A stretch of DNA of 60,129 nt, the filler included, from Globobulimina sp. (taxonomy: Eukaryota), in the NCBI GenBank assembly GCA_003354225.1. It is 13 parts of 13 records of this genome, joined end to end, with 100 filler letters (N's around TTAATTAATTAA, not from the genome) between each part and the next. Parts side by side here need not be neighbours in the genome. Positions count along the whole stretch, not along the records: positions 23,180 to 27,714 come from PIVH01001156.1; positions 27,815 to 32,347 come from PIVH01001157.1; positions 32,448 to 36,979 come from PIVH01001158.1; 10 more parts are not named here. One strand, given 5' to 3'. Both the position numbers and the translations under genes were made by a program. Positions 24,340-35,931 of the stretch are shown piece by piece; position 1 is the first letter of the stretch; each line of letters begins with the position of its first letter. Under the pieces are notes generated by a model. That model was not told where the DNA came from. It worked only from the letters and a program-made list of their open reading frames with translations, and made no database searches.

Positions 24340-24413
24340 TCAAATACTAGATTTAATTTAATCTGTGTCAGGTGTAAGTAGTGATAAACTTGCTTTGACA
24401 CTCCTCACCTTTG

Positions 24414-25433
24414 ATGCCAACAAATAAAGTATTAGTATTAGGGAGAGAGAATGCAGGCAAAACATCTATGAAATCAATTATATTCGCAAATCATCTTCCA
24501 ACGGACACCAGACGTTTGCGGCCAACCATTGCAATTCAACATTCAAGACAAAAATTTTTAGGTAATTTGCAACTCGATATATGTGATTGTGGCGGACAAC
24601 CTTTGTTTATGAAATCGTATATTGACTCACAAAGACCATTGGTATTTAGTAATGTTGCCGTTGTAATTTATGTATTCGATGTTGATATTCTGCAAAAACA
24701 GCAAAAAGTATGAAAATTTTCTTCATTATTTTCTTGAATTAAAATTCTTTCCAATATACAGTCTCCAGAAACCACCATAGTATCTACACAATATTATGAA
24801 TTTAACAATGTTTTGGGTGCAATATCTCAATATTCCCCACATGCGAAGATATTTTGTTTAATACATAAAATGGATTTACTTCCAATGAAATTCAGGAATG
24901 ATGTCTTTGTAAAATATGGAAATGAATTACAGAAAACAGCAAAAGTTTATGATCAAAATGTTATCTGTTTTGCAACATCAATATGGAATGAAACATTATT
25001 TAAAGCGTGGTCATATATTATTGGCTCATTGTTACACTGTGAGGTGTCATTAAAGCAACAATTGGATGCATTGTGTCGCAAATGTTGTACAGACGAGATT
25101 ATATTGTTCGAATCGCAAACATTTTTATTTATTGCCCATTCGAAACGAAAAATAAAGAAAATGAGTTTTATATCGAGTTCTAGATTTGAAAGAATTGCAA
25201 CTGTTATAAAACAATTTAAATTAAGATGTATACGATCAAATAAATCATTTCAATCCATGACTGTGTCAAATACAAAGTTTGCTGCATATATGGGTCCATT
25301 TTCAACCAATACCTATGTTTTGGCAGTAATATCACAGCCAATGATTGAAATGGGTGCAGTTAAAATGAATTTAAATAGATCCAGACGCAAATTTGAGAAA
25401 TTACTTGCTGTCAAAACTAGCGAGAAATTTTGA
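24414..25433 (+). CDS. RagA/B (Gtr1)-family GTPase, divergent; intron 24708-24761
   Basis: KVLVLGRENAGKTSMKSIIFAN, DCGGQ, FCLIHKMDL, FATSIWNETLFKAWS and a roadblock-like C-terminus. The splice restores the frame. Confidence 0.9.
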
Positions 25434-25757
25434 TAACAAAGCGTATTTATTTCGATTTATCATATATAGTGATGTATTTTTATAGTATTATACCATAAAT
25501 ATTGACTCTTTTTGCAATATACACATAATTGCACGTAGTACATATATAACGGATTTATGTTCGTAAGATTTTAATTAAACCCTTAATTTAAATTTGAAGC
25601 TTACACGCACAGCATAACAACTTTCAAAAACTACAACATTTCCCAACATTAAATACCAAATCTAACCGGCCTGGTCGATAAGCTGTATACATTTGGTTCA
25701 GTTATACAGAAACTGTTTGCTATAGCTTTGAGTTGGGTTTGTTAAATGAATTTAACA

Positions 25758-25799
25758 TACTTATCTGTATACATTATCCTCGCACACATGGAAGATGGT
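25758..25799. repeat. Degenerate fragment of the TA-flanked MITE family
   Basis: ATTATCCTCGCACACATGGAAGATGGT (25773-25799) matches 35736-35762 at 24/27 nt, and is preceded by TACTTATCTGTA, which resembles the family terminus. Confidence 0.5.
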
Positions 25800-25848
25800 G
25801 ATCGCTTCCGCTTTAGTTCTAATTAATAATGTTTCAAAAAAAGATTAA

Positions 25849-26316
25849 GGTAGTTGTGTACTTAGTGCGTATCAAAAAATTTTTGGGTACCCAATATTTT
25901 GCCTAACAAAAAAAACAATATTCAACAACACTGTGTTTACATAAAAAGTAGTGGTTACACAGTAAATATACTGTTTGTCTATTTGTTTTTTCAGAGAAAA
26001 ACAGTGGAAGAGGATATTGTTTTTTTGATAGGCAAAACATGGGGTACCCAAAAATATTTTGTGTTGGTATTTGAGTTTGCCACTGTGAATCGAATTCCTT
26101 GATTTGGAAGCATGTTTTTTCAGTGGAAACTGTTTTTTAATCGTAGCAACAGTCCATCTGGTCATAATAACGGGCGTCGTGCTCATTATTCCTTGAACAA
26201 ATCTGATTTTTGTATGCAGCTAATGTAGCATATGTCATCGGTCAGACCTACACCTATGGAGAATTTGGACAAAATCAGAAAACGATAAAAACAGCAATAT
26301 TAAGGACACAACTACC
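25849..26316. mobile_element. Non-autonomous DNA transposon (Kolobok-like) with TTAA target duplication
   Basis: TTAA|GGTAGTTGTGTACTTAGT ... ATTAAGGACACAACTACC|TTAA; TIR 16/18 match; TTAA at 25845-25848 and 26317-26320. Confidence 0.75.
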
Positions 26317-26642
26317 TTAAACTAAACACTGTGTATAAACAACACAAAGTCTCGCAGGGAGTGTGGAACAGTGGAAGAAAAAAGAAAATGTACACAATTA
26401 AAGTGAAACACACAGTAACACGGACTCACACAGTCACAGAAGAGAAGACAGTAACTCACATATAACAAAAATTGAAAACACAAAAAAATTCAATTTTGTT
26501 ACACATAACACAGACACACATATAATTTTACAATTTAAATTTGTGATATATTAATATATATATTCATATAATTTTGTTCTCACTTTTTAGTCATGTACAT
26601 ATTTCATACGTTCTGCGCATTTACAGATGATTAAAATAAAAA

Positions 26643-27554
26643 TCAATACGGGTTGTAATCATCTGAAATCCACCAATTTTGTTTAATATTTTCATCATGA
26701 TCCTCGTCATCAAAATCTTGGTATGCATCAAATCTTTGCTTTGTTCTATAAAACATAGAGACATTGCATACACCATAGGCCTTAACAGGAAGTAATGAAT
26801 TTGGATTTGATTCATATAAAATCTGTTGAATACATTTAAATTTCATAGTTAAAAAACGAAACTCATCTAAAATCGATGCAGGATCAATACAATATTTATA
26901 ATCACCGCAATGCGATTTTGCATCAAAATGTAATTTATTATAATTATTCCCTGATATTGGATCATATAAATTGCTTAATTTCTCGCTTAAATAATGCCAA
27001 AATGGATGAATTAATGTTTCTTTTTTGGAATATTCCTTATAATTACCGAGCATCCAAAATACACCGCCTTGCTTATCCTTCCATTTTAATAATTCAATAA
27101 AGTCCATCAACTCGGAGGTATCTGTTGTGCATTGATTAAAGTGTCAGATGGGAATTATCAATTTGTCCATACCTGAAAACGCATTGAACTCTGAAATCAC
27201 TTCATTTGATTGTATTTCATTTATAAATTTGGCGGGATTGTAAATCCATTTTCGTTTTAATGGCAATACAAAAATTGCTGAATATAATATAAAAGAAGGA
27301 CATTTGGCAAACGTTTGAAAGAGACCAATTAAACTAACAAATACAACACGTCTTTTATCCAACAATTTAATATCAACTTTATTGTTATTCACTTTATTCG
27401 TCTCATTATGTTTAATAATGAAATTGTCATTGTTTTTATTTTTCTTGTTACGTCTTGAATTTATAATTGCCCATTTCAACCATTTGTTATGTTGATGTGA
27501 TTTCTGTTCAGCGATATTTTTGCAAATTTGGTTTATTGTTAACTGGTTACCCAT
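26643..27554 (-). CDS. Hypothetical protein, 2 exons (intron 27122-27172)
   Basis: A GTATGG...CAG intron joins ORFs 27144..27575 and 26643..27110 in frame. Starts MGNQL. Confidence 0.6.
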
Positions 27555-27814
27555 GATGCAGAAAGTGGTTGGCAATTAGCAGGCAATATTGCGTATATTA
27601 GTGGTTAGTGAATTAGTGGTTGGCAAAGAAAGTGGTTAGTGAATTAGCTGCATGAATACAAAGTAACTTATTTTTTGCTTTGATTTTAATTATAAGGATA
27701 AAACTCTGAACTCANNNNNNNNNNNNNNNNNNNNNNNNNNNNNNNNNNNNNNNNNNNNTTAATTAATTAANNNNNNNNNNNNNNNNNNNNNNNNNNNNNN
27801 NNNNNNNNNNNNNN

Positions 27815-27987
27815 ATATTGGATTCATTCTGTGATTTTTGTAAAACAAATTCTGCGCTCAACATCGCATCACCACAAACAGAATGATACGAATAACAACT
27901 TTCAATATCTTCCCCATCAGATTCGGAAGTATTGCAATATTGAATATCAAATGTAGCGATCACAATAAATGCTAAAGCGTAATTCAT
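27815..27987 (-). CDS. 5' part of a tandem paralogue of 28511..29479 (secreted protein)
   Basis: MNYALAFIVIATFDIQYCNTSESD versus MNYSLAFIVITAFGIQYCKTSESD; the upstream flanks are also similar. Confidence 0.75.
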
Positions 27988-28012
27988 TTAATTTGTTTAC
28001 TTGATATTCTTC

Positions 28013-28147
28013 GAAAAACCACCCCCGATACATATAATACCAAAAACTTTTTGAAAAAACCACCTTCGATAAATCTGTTTGCAGAAAAATCTAAAAAAAA
28101 ACCACCTTTGCATTATTTTATCACAAATAATAGAAAAAAACCACCTT
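28013..28147. repeat. Four dispersed copies of (A)nCCACC in the paralogue's upstream region
   Basis: AAAAACCACC recurs at about 28014, 28054, 28096 and 28136, roughly 40 nt apart. Confidence 0.55.
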
Positions 28148-28510
28148 CATTTTAAATAAATAAATAAACACAAAAAAATCAAACATCACTATTATCATCG
28201 CTATCGTCACAGATAATTTCTATGTTATTTGATATGCGATTTGAGACCGCAATTTTTGATAAATTGGCTCTTTCCACAGAAACGGTACGATTTTGTGACG
28301 ATGTGGCAACGTCCATAAAATACTAACACCAATTGTGATTTTTTGTTGTATACCGAGCATGAAGAAAGAGCTGCAAAATATGGGTCTCTACTAGAAGCAA
28401 ATAACATAGCTGCAAACAATGTTATTTATACATATTTAATATTATGAGGGTTGTAATATTCCCATATCTAAATTGTAAAAGCGGTGGTAACGGTAATTAG
28501 ATGTTAGGAA

Positions 28511-29479
28511 TTAGTTTTCATTTCCACTAAGTTTCAGTAAGCGGTTCTTTATTGTTGTGATTGGTTTATTATTGTGATGCAATCGCATTATTTGGAGTCT
28601 ATCATCCTGTGTCAAATGGTGTATTCTGATCATTTTTCGACTTTCATTATGCGGATAGAAGCAATAGCCGAAACGCACAATATTATCCATAAGTTGCTTG
28701 TGAATATTTGCTGGGATTGCAACAAATAAACCATTTTCCGATCTGATTCGATCAAAACAAGAAAGCCTGACACATAAATTCATCCACTTCTCATCAGCCA
28801 AATTTCCTTTTTGATCCTGCAGTATTCTACCAATTCTTAAATATATCGCATAAATTTGATCGGAATTGAAACTGAAATCAGATACACCGTATGCACGCAA
28901 CACATATTTAAAAAAAGATTGTATTATTCCAACAAGAAAATCTACATTTGTTTGCATGCAAATACAATGCAGATCGTAGAGTAATGATGTATTGGTCACC
29001 GATGATTGCAGCATATCTTTCATTCGTTTTCTTTTGTTCGCTTTTGTTCGTCCTCTGCGAGTCGAACCTCTATTCATTATTTTATAAAACACAGTAAAAA
29101 AATCCAGAGAATGTGGATCATGCTCCAGTTGATGTATCCAATTATTTTGCACGATCCAAGTGAGCCAATGCCGCCACACTTGAAACCTCAACATAAATGC
29201 GTCAGGAAATGAAATGAGTTGAGAAAGCACTATGTAATGACTTGCAGTAAATTGAGTGATATTTGATTCATTCCGTGCTTTTTTTAAAGTACATTCTACT
29301 CTCAATTGAGCATCACCAAAAACAGAATGATACGAAGCACAACTTTCAACCTCTGTACATTCTGTACATTCTGATATAGATACTTTATCCATTTCTGACA
29401 TTCCATCATCAGATTCAGAAGTTTTACAATATTGAATACCAAATGCAGTGATCACAATAAATGCTAAAGAATAATTCAT
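28511..29479 (-). CDS. Hypothetical secreted protein
   Basis: 322-aa ORF with an N-terminal signal-like segment and an adjacent paralogue. Confidence 0.7.
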   Translation of the reverse strand: MNYSLAFIVITAFGIQYCKTSESDDGMSEMDKVSISECTECTEVESCASYHSVFGDAQLRVECTLKKARNESNITQFTASHYIVLSQLISFPDAFMLRFQVWRHWLTWIVQNNWIHQLEHDPHSLDFFTVFYKIMNRGSTRRGRTKANKRKRMKDMLQSSVTNTSLLYDLHCICMQTNVDFLVGIIQSFFKYVLRAYGVSDFSFNSDQIYAIYLRIGRILQDQKGNLADEKWMNLCVRLSCFDRIRSENGLFVAIPANIHKQLMDNIVRFGYCFYPHNESRKMIRIHHLTQDDRLQIMRLHHNNKPITTIKNRLLKLSGNEN

Positions 29480-29632
29480 TTGAATTTAATTTGTTTACTT
29501 GATTGTAAGATGAATTTGTTTAGTTTAATGTTGTGCGATTGTCCGAACTATGTGAGAGCAGCTGCTAAGGAATTAAAAAAAGTACAAAAGCTTTTTATGA
29601 ATGTAAATTTGAATGTAACCTAAGAACCACAT

Positions 29633-32347
29633 TCATTCGTTGATATTACCATATATTTCATCATAGAGTTCGTTATTCAACAATACCCATATTTTGGTTA
29701 AATATTTCCTGGGTATATTGCCATAAATAAATTGATTATTTTTAGTGGTTGTAACAATTGCAGGCCATGTAAAATAACATATTTTTGCATTTATAACACA
29801 CTCAATGTCGGAATTACTTTCTTTTTCATGTATGATATCATTATAAACACACAATCCATCATCAGTTCCCATTGACACTTCTTTAAAATCGATAATATCA
29901 TTATTTAAATTGTCCTCTTTTAATGTGGATAAGATATCATTTGAACATTGCTCACTATCTCTAACAAAACATAATGGAAATAAGCCATATTCATCACTTG
30001 CAACTTCATCCTCTTCTTCCTTCACTTCTTCTTTTATTGTACAAATCGAAGATGATCCAAAATGAAAACAACATTCACAACATTTCATGATATATATTTT
30101 TGTTTTTTCATTGATTTTCTTCTCTTTAATGTTTAAAAACGAATATTTTTTACAATATTTGCCATAAATAGCATCAATTAAATTCATTACAATATCACTC
30201 TCTTCATTTCTATTTTCAATGTCCATTTCATTAAACTTATTATAATAATGTTCCAAATTCAGTAATAAATGATATCGTTTATCAAATTCTAACTGTTTTA
30301 CATTCAAATTATTATCACCTATCACCTGGATAATATCCATTATTTTCACATAACACGACACTAAAATATTAAACAATATTTTATATATCTTCATATCCAA
30401 CATATCACCGTCCAAATCCTCCGCATCCTCCCCATCCGAGTCATTATCATCACTCTCATCCTCCGGATCTAAATATTCCTGAACCGCTTCAAATAAGTTC
30501 TTATGTTGCTGTGCGTGAATAGATTTAAATGCTTTCATTATAACCGCCATAATTGGTGCTTTTTTGAATAATTTGATAGCACCAATTATCTCCAACGGAT
30601 CTTTGTTGCTTTCGCTGCCAAGGCATGGCGCAGTGTCTTTGCTTAAACTTCGGGTGATATTCTTTCGTGTCACCACTCGAATTTTGATCTTTGTTTCTTG
30701 GTCCAACAATTCATCCGTTTTACTTTCAGACTCATCCAAATCATCATCGATGTCATGCTTTACATCATCGTCCACTGCCAATGCGGCAAATATATTATTT
30801 ATGTCCTTGGCATACATTACAATGGGAAACACGTAAAATAATATCTTGTCACATTTCTTCTCGCAGTGCGCAGTGCATTTGTCATAAATATCTGCATCGA
30901 ATAATAACTCATTGGCTGTTACCATAAACGAAGAGGGATAAAATATTAATCTCTCTTTTGCTGCTTTTCGATGTGAAAATATTATCATTTCAAAGCATAT
31001 CACACAGATTCTATGGATATATTGACATAAATGCTTATCTCTCATCATTGGGTTGTTGGTTTCGTGCAAATTATAAGAAAATATATTTTGTGCGGAATGA
31101 CTTGCAATTAAAACAAATTCAGACTCATAAATCTCTTCAATCAAATCGTCGATCATTCGCACGTATAAATTATCGAAAATCTCTTCAAATTGGTATGTTA
31201 ATAAAAAATCCAACGCCTTCTCCAAACCGCGGTTGCCGCCATCACCAATATTATCGATCCCTAATTGTACGCATATCTCATTATAAATTGTCATAAATTT
31301 CTCATTGATTTTGGTATAACAAATATGAATCATTTCAAATAATATTTTCAGTGCCATTTGTTTGCAATATCTGGTCGTAAATTGCGTTTTGTTTTTAATT
31401 TCTTTTCGTAGATATTCAAATGCCAAATGGTGAATATTTGCTTTTTCATCGAATATTTCATCATAAAATCTGCGTTGAATATGGCGTAAAACTAATATTT
31501 CATTCACATGTTTTACATTTGAAATAATTGGATGGGTCTCGATTGCCCGCAATTTCTTTTTTATTGCACCATATTCAATCTCCAATCTCTGCTTTTCAAC
31601 GATGATTTGTTGCTTTTTAATTTGCGATTCTTCCAATTTTGTTATTAATTCTTGTTTTTGACCATTATTTGTCTGCAATTTCAATCGAAAATCATTCATT
31701 TTCTCTTTTTCTTTGCTTAATATCTCATTCTGTTGTTGCACAATGATTTTTTTCTCATTTTTAAAATTTTTTAATGTATTTTCCAATCTCACTTTTAATG
31801 CCTCAATTTCTCGCGTTTTAGCGGCACGCAATTTTTCTTGCTTCGTCTGCAACTTTTCAGTTTCGACCTGTTTTTGATCCATAACAGTTTTTTTTGTCAA
31901 TGTTTTGAAATATTGATCTTGGAAAATACGCGCTGAACGCACAATTTTTTCGAAATAATTTTCAAATTTACCTTCAATGCAATTTGATAAATCATTTTTT
32001 TTATACTCAAATTCAATCACTTCCAAATTCATATTCATTCCAGTTATCTTATTTTGATTTTTGTTTTTATTTAACACGAAAATCGGTTCATTTTTAGACC
32101 AAAATATTTGCTCTTTTTGTGTTTTTTTGAGATAAAATATTGTTTAATGAATGTTTATATTGTTGCAATGTATCCGTTTCACTCTGAAACTTTTTATTTT
32201 GACTCAAAATTCTTTCTTTATCCATTTGTAATCTACGATTTACAGCTTGTAATTCCTCGAATTTTTGTTGTAATGTTTGGTTTTCATTTCGTAATTTGGC
32301 TAAGCCGCGATCGCGAGCATCATTTCTTTCTTTCTTTCGTTTTAATG
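29633..32347 (-). CDS. Coiled-coil hypothetical protein with two similar helical C-terminal modules; 5' truncated, possible frameshift near 32122
   Basis: 814-aa ORF. Repeated pattern (ILF.....CY.KI ... YI....C.C...F ... P..F ... YxxP.I). Coiled-coil-like coding continues upstream in another frame. Confidence 0.7.
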
Positions 32348-32950
32348 NNNNNNNNNNNNNNNNNNNNNNNNNNNNNNNNNNNNNNNNNNNNTTAATTAAT
32401 TAANNNNNNNNNNNNNNNNNNNNNNNNNNNNNNNNNNNNNNNNNNNNCTCTGGCGATATATTGATTTTGAGGGCGATATTGTGCGTGGACCAAATGGATG
32501 AAGAAATATGTGGTTTTGATATTATTTGTTTTCTTTTTTTTTTATCGTCTGTTATTTGTTTACCTAGAAATTCAATTAAAATCGTTTCTACACATCTGTT
32601 TTTTTAAATAAACACATGACGAACCAATTATTTTTATATCCTGTACTTACGTTCGACAGCTTGTAATCTTTTTAGATCCAAAATCCACAAACTTTTTACT
32701 TTTAATCTTCTTTAGATAAATGTCCACATTGTAAATATCAATATGCAAAGTGCACGCAATACCCAACGGCATGTTGCAATCTTCCAAAAGCCATCAACAC
32801 AATCGTCCAGCATTTTAATTTTAAACTTGGGAGATTTACTGTTTTGTCGTAGTCAGGAACTAAAGTTTTTAGTTTGTCTTTTGTAAAATGCATAAATTAA
32901 ATGATAAATGTCACAAAAAAATGAAATGTTAATCCTTGCACAGAATATAT

Positions 32951-34129
32951 TTATATTTTTTTATATTCCAATTTTGACTCCAATTTCTTGGCTTCTTTAA
33001 CTTTCCGAACCGCTTTCATAAAATCCTCTTGAATTATATAATCGCGATTAGCGCGGATAGCAAACATCCCAGCCTCAGTACACACATTCCTTAGATCCGC
33101 GCCATTGAAATCTTGTGATAACTTCACAATGGCTTCATAATCAATGTCATCCTTTTTAGTCAATTTCGAGGCATGTATTTTAAGTATCTGTTCCCGCGCA
33201 GCTTCATTAGGTAACGGGATCTCGACTTTTCTATCAATCCTTCCCGGCCGCAATAGCGCCGGATCCAAGATGTCGGGCCGGTTCGTCGCCATTATGATTT
33301 TCACTTTGCCCAACTCTTCAAAACCATCCATTTGGTTCAATAACTCCATCAACGTCCTTTGTATCTCGCGATCGGCAGAGGTTCCCTGCGAAAATCGCTT
33401 GCCTCCAATGGCGTCAATCTCATCCATAAATATTATGCACGGCGCATTGTCGCGCGCATAGCCAAACATTTCACGGATCACACGCGCGGACTCTCCAATG
33501 TATTTATCGACGATGGCGCTGCTCACTACTTTCATGAATTTACAGTCCATTTGGTTGGCCATGGCGCGCGCCAATAAGGTCTTGCCTGTCCCGGGCGGGC
33601 CGTACAACAATACGCCTTTTGGAGGCGTGATGCCGACCCGATGGAACAACTCGGGATTGGTCAATGGCAACTCAATGCTTTCGCGGATTTCCCTGATTTG
33701 GTCATTTAAACCACCGATGGATTTGTACGACACTTTGCCTCCATCTTCGTCCAACATTTTAAACACCATTGGGTCCACTTCGCGCGGTAATCGTCTCATT
33801 ATTGTTAACGTGGTGTAATCCAACGATACGCGGTCGCCTGAACCTATTAATGAGCGATTTATGGCGGATCGGCAGCCGACGACATAGCGAGGTCCGGACG
33901 AGGCTTTGACGATAAATTTGGAGGGCGATAATTGTTTGAGTACTTCTCCTATCATTTGGCCTGCGGTTTGCAATGCTTTTAAGGCATCTTCGGTTCGTTT
34001 CTCCTCTGACTCACAATCGACTAAATTCTGTCTCAGTTTCTTGTTTTCGGTTTGAATGTTTTGCTCCTCAATTGCGCGTTGACGCAATTGCATTAATAAT
34101 GCATGACGTTCATCATTACCATCATCCAT
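32951..34129 (-). CDS. PSMC6: 26S proteasome regulatory ATPase Rpt4 (subunit 10B)
   Basis: [66 protein letters not shown]-terminus [11 protein letters not shown]. Confidence 0.97.
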   Translation of the reverse strand: MDDGNDERHALLMQLRQRAIEEQNIQTENKKLRQNLVDCESEEKRTEDALKALQTAGQMIGEVLKQLSPSKFIVKASSGPRYVVGCRSAINRSLIGSGDRVSLDYTTLTIMRRLPREVDPMVFKMLDEDGGKVSYKSIGGLNDQIREIRESIELPLTNPELFHRVGITPPKGVLLYGPPGTGKTLLARAMANQMDCKFMKVVSSAIVDKYIGESARVIREMFGYARDNAPCIIFMDEIDAIGGKRFSQGTSADREIQRTLMELLNQMDGFEELGKVKIIMATNRPDILDPALLRPGRIDRKVEIPLPNEAAREQILKIHASKLTKKDDIDYEAIVKLSQDFNGADLRNVCTEAGMFAIRANRDYIIQEDFMKAVRKVKEAKKLESKLEYKKI

Positions 34130-34281
34130 GGTTTAATAATATCGGAAAAGCACAACGGCTGCGCACACGAAGGTATTATAAACCAGTTGTGAGTGACTTT
34201 GCGTTTAAATAAAACTTTTATATGATCATATGGTGGGGGGGGTGTTATTAAAATACAAAATATACTACAAAAAAAAGAAAA

Positions 34282-35640
34282 TCATCCATAAACATGATCC
34301 ACAAGAGCAATTTCTTGAGTAGGTGTGATTAATTTGTTATCTCTGGTAAATTTATAGCCAGCCCAATCAATAGGTTTATAGTGTAAAAATGAATTGACCC
34401 AAGATGTACCATTATACGTTGAGGGTCTCCCATGAATCAATCTCGCAGACTCATAAAATGTCATAGTACAGACCGGATCCTCAATATAATGTCTTTTTCC
34501 ATCCCAGGCAATAACCTCAATTGGCCATGGTACATCGGGTGGATTATGATAAATATGTAATATTGTACTGACAACGTGCGTTTCCACTCTGTCACAATGT
34601 GTTTTCAATACTGCGCCTTTTACATATTCTCGCATCCCATAAATGGTGGTATATCTCAACGATTTGCCACTCCATTCCTCCAACAGAGGTTGTAACACTT
34701 CCCCAATCCATCTTTTCTTAGCAGATGGGATCGGCGAGACATACGTAGGTATCTCTCGAACGTTTATTTGAGTGCCGTCCGACGGAAACCCTTCCACTCT
34801 TTTTTTGCCTTTGGCAATATTGTCAGCATGAAACTGTGTTAAATAATCGCAAATCTCCTGCGGCATTTTAAGATGTTTGAAGCCTTTGTCCGTATAACTG
34901 GGCAACAGCAATGGTGTTCGAATATTATTCAAATATCGTCTTCGAGTGCTCCAATCGCGGCTATTTCGTAACTGTATTTTACTGCGCATCATATTGCCAT
35001 ATTTCGCATCATCGATAACTTTGCTATCGCCGGTTTGCACAATTTCATACTTCAAAGTGACAGTGTCCAATAAATATCGATCCACCACATCGTCATTATT
35101 GTCTACAGCGACTATGGTATCACCGGCATGCAACACAGCACCGATATCTGTAGAAGTTAGTGTTGCCAATTCATTTGCGGGTATTTGGGCGAGAATGGCT
35201 TCATTCACAATATCATTGGAATGTGAATCACCAGATTTTATCACCAAATTGACCGGTTTATTTAGTGTATTTTGGAAGGAAAGAGGCGCAGTGATGGCTA
35301 ACTGGGACCAAACCCATTGAACAAATGGAGCGTCGATGGGTGGATTATAAGTTATGACCGGTTTGTTCCAGTCTGCGGGTTGAAATAATATAGTTGGACA
35401 CCAACTATCCATTGCTATTTGTGTGGAATCTGTGGATATATTATATCGTATAAATAGATCCATTAATTCAGGATACCATTCGTACCAAATATCTGATGCT
35501 TTGATACGATCGAATGCTGCAACTATGAGTGAATATGAATTGGGTAAACCTTTGGCAGTAAATCCTAAGCTTGTGTATAATTTATCTTTGCATGGTGTTT
35601 CGTACAATGCGACAACTGCCGGTGTTCGTGCTGGGACAGA
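34282..35640 (-). CDS. 2OG-Fe(II) oxygenase-like protein; 5' end unresolved
   Basis: YGMREY..GAVL.THCDR..THVVS (HxD) and YESARLIHGRP (distal His) form the facial-triad pattern. Confidence 0.7.
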   Translation of the reverse strand, partial: SVPARTPAVVALYETPCKDKLYTSLGFTAKGLPNSYSLIVAAFDRIKASDIWYEWYPELMDLFIRYNISTDSTQIAMDSWCPTILFQPADWNKPVITYNPPIDAPFVQWVWSQLAITAPLSFQNTLNKPVNLVIKSGDSHSNDIVNEAILAQIPANELATLTSTDIGAVLHAGDTIVAVDNNDDVVDRYLLDTVTLKYEIVQTGDSKVIDDAKYGNMMRSKIQLRNSRDWSTRRRYLNNIRTPLLLPSYTDKGFKHLKMPQEICDYLTQFHADNIAKGKKRVEGFPSDGTQINVREIPTYVSPIPSAKKRWIGEVLQPLLEEWSGKSLRYTTIYGMREYVKGAVLKTHCDRVETHVVSTILHIYHNPPDVPWPIEVIAWDGKRHYIEDPVCTMTFYESARLIHGRPSTYNGTSWVNSFLHYKPIDWAGYKFTRDNKLITPTQEIALVDHVYG

Positions 35641-35695
35641 CTTTGTTTGTATGTTTTTTTAATAGAAATTAGAAAAAACGATATAATGTTTCTAG

Positions 35696-35836
35696 TACTT
35701 TCCCCGTACTTGGGTTCAGAGGGATTAGTTTTTAGATTATCCTCGCACACCAGGGAGATGGTAATAACAATACATAGGATCTAAAACGTCTAAAAACTAA
35801 TCCCTCCGAAGTCCGAGCCAATCTACAGGGAAAGTA
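35696..35836. mobile_element. MITE of about 140 bp with imperfect 40-50 bp TIRs, flanked by TA
   Basis: Left end TACTTTCCCCGTACTTGGGTTCAGAGGGATTAGTTTTTAGA; reverse complement of right end TACTTTCCCTGTAGATTGGCTCGGACTTCGGAGGGATTAGTTTTTAGA. Confidence 0.75.
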
Positions 35837-35931
35837 TTTTTTTTTTTAACCTTTTTGAATGCATCTGACATTATCATATCATCCAATTGTTCGGTGCTCC
35901 ATAGCTCAAATATATAGCATTTGATTGATGT

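Noticed and set aside
23791-25433. HAD_SAK plus GTPase as an RNA-repair or anti-phage operon
   Set aside because: The GTPase is a spliced eukaryotic Rag protein, and stand-alone HAD_SAK genes are common in protists.
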